Source of the DNA: Kiloniellales bacterium
GTDB taxonomy: Bacteria; Pseudomonadota; Alphaproteobacteria; Kiloniellales; JBOHKJ01
Direction: 5' to 3'
Assembly (NCBI GenBank): GCA_050728975.1
Contig: JBOHKJ010000020.1
Location: 1-40,010 of the forward strand
Length of the DNA: 40,010 nt
Shown: piece by piece, positions 36,641 through 40,010 of the stretch
Layout: every line of letters starts with the position of its first letter
How positions within the stretch are numbered: the stretch's first letter is position 1
Made by a program: the position numbers and the translations under genes
Notes under the pieces: generated by a model
Database searches by the model: none
The model's input: only the letters and a program-made list of their open reading frames with translations
Told to the model about the DNA's origin: nothing

Positions 36641-37819
36641 GTGGCGAAACGAGGTCTCGGGGTCGGGCTGATCGGCTCTGGCTACATGGGCAAGTGCCAC
36701 GCGCTCGCCTGGAACGCGGTCGCTTCGGTGTTCGGCGCGCGCGAGCGGCCGCGCCTCGAGCTGCTGGCCGAGGCCGAGCCGGCATTGGCCGAGCGGCGTG
36801 CCGCCGAGCTCGGCTTCACCCGCGCCACCGCCAACTGGCGGGCGCTGGTCGCCGACCCGGCGGTTCAGGTGATCTCCATCACCACGCCCAACCGCTTCCA
36901 TGCCGAGATGGCGGTCGCGGCGCTCGAGGCGGGAAAGCACGTCTGGTGCGAGAAGCCGATGGCACCGAGCCTGGCGGAGGCCGAGGCGATGCTGGCCGCC
37001 GCGCGGCGCGCCGGCAGGGTCGCGCTGCTGGGCTACAACTACATCCAGAGCCCGGCGATCCGCGCCATCGCCGAGCTGCTGAAGGCGGGTGCGATCGGCC
37101 AAGTCAACCATCTCCGCATCGAGATGGACGAGGACTTCATGGCCGATCCCGCAGCGCCCTTCCATTGGAAGAGCGAAGCCAGCTCGGGGCTGGGCGCGCT
37201 CGACGACTTCGGCGTCCATCCCCTGAGCCTGATCCGGACGCTGTGCGACGCGCCGGTCCGCGCGGTCTTCGGCGAGCAGGCCAAGCCCTATCCCACCCGT
37301 CCGACCGTCGCGGGGGGCGCGCCGCGCGCCGTCGAAACCTTCGACGTCGCGACCGCGCTGCTGCGCCTCGCGGACGGCACCGCCGCCACGCTGCAGTTGA
37401 ACCGCTCCGCCTGGGGCCGCAAGGGGCGCCTCTTTCTGCAGGTGTTCGGCAGCCGCGGCGCTCTTGTCTTCGATCAGGAGCGGATGAACGAGTTCCAGCT
37501 CTACGAGGCCGACGGTCCGGCCGCGACCCGGGGATTCCGGACCGTGCTTATCGGGCCGCAGCACCCGCCCTACGAGCGCTTCCTGCCGGCGCCGGGGCAT
37601 GGGCTCGGTTTCAACGATCTGAAGATCATCGAATGCCGCGAATTGCTGAGGCTGATCGCCGGTCAGCCGGCGCTCGCCATTACCTTCGAGGAGGGGATCG
37701 CCATCGAGCGCACGGTCCACGCCATCGCCCGTTCCTGCGCAAGCGGCACCTGGATCGAGGTGGCCGATGACGGTCGCCCGGCGTCCCCCGCGTTGACAGA
37801 CGGCATGCCGGGCCGTTAG
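36641..37819 (+). CDS. Gfo/Idh/MocA family NAD(P)-dependent oxidoreductase (putative inositol dehydrogenase)
   Basis: The Rossmann motif LGVGLIGSGYMGKCHALAW lies near the N-terminus, with EKPMA and a GYNY segment. The start was chosen at GTG 36641 (GGGGGAG 8 nt upstream). The track start at ATG 36554 lies in AT-rich, promoter-like sequence and would add 29 non-conserved residues. The start remains uncertain. Confidence 0.82.
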   Translation: MAKRGLGVGLIGSGYMGKCHALAWNAVASVFGARERPRLELLAEAEPALAERRAAELGFTRATANWRALVADPAVQVISITTPNRFHAEMAVAALEAGKHVWCEKPMAPSLAEAEAMLAAARRAGRVALLGYNYIQSPAIRAIAELLKAGAIGQVNHLRIEMDEDFMADPAAPFHWKSEASSGLGALDDFGVHPLSLIRTLCDAPVRAVFGEQAKPYPTRPTVAGGAPRAVETFDVATALLRLADGTAATLQLNRSAWGRKGRLFLQVFGSRGALVFDQERMNEFQLYEADGPAATRGFRTVLIGPQHPPYERFLPAPGHGLGFNDLKIIECRELLRLIAGQPALAITFEEGIAIERTVHAIARSCASGTWIEVADDGRPASPALTDGMPGR

Positions 37820-37879
37820 ATCGCCCCCATCTCCCCCGAAAGTCTGGATTCACAGCACGCATGACGGCGCGGTGACAGC

Positions 37880-38545
37880 ATGAGATATCTCCCGCAATCG
37901 CTCGATCGGCTTGCGGCCGCCGCGCGTCTTGTCGTCTTGGCCGTGCCGGTCCTGGCCTTGCCACTTCCGCTCTCAGCGGCAGAGCTGGCCGGGCAGGTGA
38001 TCGGCCTGGAAGGCACGGCCCAGGTGATCCGCGCGCGGCAGGAGATGCCGCTCGAGCTCGGCGCACCGCTCTACATGGGTGACGAGGTCGCGACCGGGGC
38101 GGATGGCCGTGTCGAGGTCGGCCTGCTCGACGGCGCGCTGTTGTTCGTCGGCCCGGACACGCGTCTCTCGATTGCCGAGTACGAAAGCGGGGCGAGCGGC
38201 GGACCGGTCAGCCGCACGCTCGCGCTCGTCGCCGGCATCGTTCGCGCTCTGGTGCCGAGCGGCTCGCCCCCGCCCTCCTTCGTCGTGGAAGGACGAACCG
38301 CCGTGGCAAGCGTGCGCGGCACCGAGTTCCTGGTCGAGACGAGTCCCGACAAGACCTCCGTCTTTGTCGTCGAGGGCAGTGTGGCGGTCGATGCGCCGGC
38401 GGCCGCGGCGATCGAGCTCGCGCAGGACTTTGGCGTGGATGTCGAGGCCGGCGCCACCCGGCTCGAGCCGAAACGCTGGGGTGCGGCACGGGTGGCCGAG
38501 GTCCTGAATCGCACCCGCACGCCCGGCGCGCCGCCGCGGCAATGA
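37880..38545 (+). CDS. FecR-domain protein, secreted
   Basis: 221 aa. It has the signal peptide LVVLAVPVLALPLPLSAAE, then the FecR-type beta-sandwich pattern (G.V.GLEGTAQV...LYMGDEVATGADGRVEVGLLDGALLFVGPDTRLSI...TAVASVRGTEFLV...VFVVEGSVAV). Confidence 0.8.
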   Translation: MRYLPQSLDRLAAAARLVVLAVPVLALPLPLSAAELAGQVIGLEGTAQVIRARQEMPLELGAPLYMGDEVATGADGRVEVGLLDGALLFVGPDTRLSIAEYESGASGGPVSRTLALVAGIVRALVPSGSPPPSFVVEGRTAVASVRGTEFLVETSPDKTSVFVVEGSVAVDAPAAAAIELAQDFGVDVEAGATRLEPKRWGAARVAEVLNRTRTPGAPPRQ

Positions 38546-40010
38546 GCTCCGGCCGGGCGGTCCGCCTGGCCGTCGGTGCCGGGCTGACGCTCGGCTGTCT
38601 TTTCGCCTACGGCGCGCTGCGGGACTGGTCGCTCTTCGAAAGGCTCGAGGGCGCGGCACTCGACCTCAGGTTTCAAGCTCGCGGCGAACGGACGCCGGGA
38701 CCGGAAACGGTCCTGGTGATGATCGACGAGGCCACACTGGCGGCTAGCGGTGGCTGGCCGCTTTCGCGCGGCCTGTTGGCCGAGGCGCTGGTTGCCACCT
38801 TCGAGCAAGGCGCGCGCGTGGTCGCCCTCGACCTCCTGATCGACTCCTGGCGTATTCCGGACGGGACGTCGCCTGTCTTGGAGGCAGCGCCGAGCGATCC
38901 GGGCGACGTTGCGCTGCTGCAGGCGGTCGAGACGTTTGGCGAAGATCTCGTCCTGCCCTTTGCCTTCGTCTTCGAGCCGGGCCAGCGAACGGCGCCGCCG
39001 CCGGATAGCCTGGAGCGCGCGGCCTACGCCGTCCATCGTGTGCCTTCCGGGGTTGCCGAGCTACAGGCGCACCCGCTGGGGGTGGTGACGCCGCCGCTTG
39101 CGTTGTTCGACACCGCGGTTCCGGCCTACGCGAACGTCCTGCTCGACGGTGCGGGCAGGCTGCGTCTTGCGCATCCCGCATTGCGCTTCGGCGACCGCTA
39201 CTATCCGTCGCTCGCGGTGGAGGCGGTGCGCCTCTATCTCGGCCTCCCGAAGGAAGCCATGACGCTGCTGGTGGGCGAAGGCCTGCGCATCGAAGAGCGC
39301 CTCGTCCCGACCGACCGTCTGCTGCGGTTCGGCGTCGGCTATTACGGCCCCACCGGAACCTTTCCGACCTATTCGCTCCTCGACCTGTTGGAAGGGCGAC
39401 TCGCGCCGGGCGCCCTGGAGAACAAGCTGGTCGTGATCGGTGTCGCCGCGCTCGCGGTCGGCGATCGCTTCGTGACGCCGTTCAGCCGCGCGCTTCCGGG
39501 CGCCGAGTATTTCGCGACCGTGGCCGACAACCTCCTCCATGGGCGGATCTTGCGCCGCGACGGACTGGCGACCGGCCTCGACGTCCTGGCGATCGTGTTG
39601 TGCGCGATTGCGGGCGCCAGTCTCCATGGCGTAAGGCGGGTCGAGCTGGGCGGCGTGCTGGCGCTGTTGCTTCTGGGACTTTGGGCGGCGGCAAGCTACG
39701 GCGCCTTTGCGCAACGGAGCCTGTGGCTCGATTTCACCTTTCCGGCGCTGGCATTGATCCTCACCGCCGGCACCGCGACGACGACGCGCCTTCTCGCCGA
39801 GCGACGCGGCCAGGAGGCGCTCGCGCGCTATCTGCCGCCGCTCGCCGTGCGGCGCGCCGGCGGCGCCAACGACGCAGCGCCCGATACCCGGCTGGCCGCG
39901 ATCCTGTTCGTCGACATGCGCGGCTTCACCACCCGCAGCGAGGATCTGCGACCGGCCGAGACCATGGCGCTGATGCGCGGACTTCACCGTCGCATCGAAC
40001 AGGCCATAAC
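38542..40010 (+). CDS. CHASE2 sensor domain / class III adenylate-guanylate cyclase (partial, runs off the right edge)
   Basis: Hand translation from ATG 38542 (ATGA overlap with the FecR stop) gives MSSGRAVRLAVGAGLTLGCLFAY...LDLRFQARGERTPGPETVLVMIDEATL...WPLSRGLLAEAL...GARVVALDLLID, the CHASE2 N-terminus. A TM bundle follows (LDVLAIVLCAIAG...LLLLGLWAAASYGAF...FPALALILTA). The cyclase start is AAILFVDMRGFTTRSE. The frame is open to 40010. It is absent from the ORF track because no stop lies in the window. Confidence 0.85.
   Translation, partial: MSSGRAVRLAVGAGLTLGCLFAYGALRDWSLFERLEGAALDLRFQARGERTPGPETVLVMIDEATLAASGGWPLSRGLLAEALVATFEQGARVVALDLLIDSWRIPDGTSPVLEAAPSDPGDVALLQAVETFGEDLVLPFAFVFEPGQRTAPPPDSLERAAYAVHRVPSGVAELQAHPLGVVTPPLALFDTAVPAYANVLLDGAGRLRLAHPALRFGDRYYPSLAVEAVRLYLGLPKEAMTLLVGEGLRIEERLVPTDRLLRFGVGYYGPTGTFPTYSLLDLLEGRLAPGALENKLVVIGVAALAVGDRFVTPFSRALPGAEYFATVADNLLHGRILRRDGLATGLDVLAIVLCAIAGASLHGVRRVELGGVLALLLLGLWAAASYGAFAQRSLWLDFTFPALALILTAGTATTTRLLAERRGQEALARYLPPLAVRRAGGANDAAPDTRLAAILFVDMRGFTTRSEDLRPAETMALMRGLHRRIEQAI

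Noticed and set aside
38071-39987. 321-aa and 308-aa minus-strand ORFs (38071-39036, 39061-39987)
   Set aside because: They are antisense to the FecR gene and to the open-ended CHASE2-cyclase frame, which has family-typical sequence throughout.

Overview
High-GC, alphaproteobacterium-like chromosomal DNA (taxon is inferred from gene content and synteny only), densely coding. No transposase, integrase, phage gene, rRNA or CRISPR array was recognised.

Layout:
- (1) 1-10.7 kb, minus strand: a tightly packed housekeeping array, rplU-rpmA-(terminator)-obg-proB-proA-nadD-rsfS-rlmH-gpmI-envC-ctpA, then a partial membrane protein. Several junctions overlap by 1 or 4 nt.
- (2) 10.8-15.6 kb: a run of hydrolases around a tRNA-Ser(CGA). 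It holds an acid-ceramidase/NAAA-like Ntn hydrolase, a patatin-like phospholipase, and an operon of a secreted dienelactone-hydrolase-fold esterase, a leaderless S1 (chymotrypsin-fold) serine protease and a 79-aa ORF. The 79-aa ORF looks like a free copy of the protease N-terminal domain.
- (3) 15.6-23.6 kb: TRAP transporter dctPQM, an IclR regulator and a hotdog thioesterase, divergent from iorA/iorB-type 2-oxoacid:ferredoxin oxidoreductase genes.
- (4) 23.6-26.2 kb: a DUF1194 protein, a 475-bp gene-free leader and a DEAD-box helicase.
- (5) 26.2-37.8 kb: a myo-inositol catabolic locus. It holds an RpiR/IolR-like regulator, an ABM protein, iolB-iolE-iolD-iolC, an FrcBCA-type ABC transporter, a small DUF1127 gene absent from the ORF track, and a Gfo/Idh/MocA dehydrogenase.
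- (6) 37.9-40.0 kb: a FecR-domain protein translationally coupled to a CHASE2 class III nucleotidyl cyclase that runs off the right edge.

Best candidate for something undescribed: the DLH / S1 protease / prodomain-like small ORF module (13234-15598). Secondary candidates are the cytoplasmic acid-ceramidase-like hydrolase, the apparent lack of ATG/GTG/TTG starts for nadD and rsfS, the DUF1127 gene and the FecR-CHASE2 pair.

Limits: all calls come from reading translated ORFs and motifs by eye, with no database searches. Many long ORFs in the supplied track are antisense artefacts of high GC. The track also appears to omit ORFs under 60 aa and ORFs that run off the window edges.
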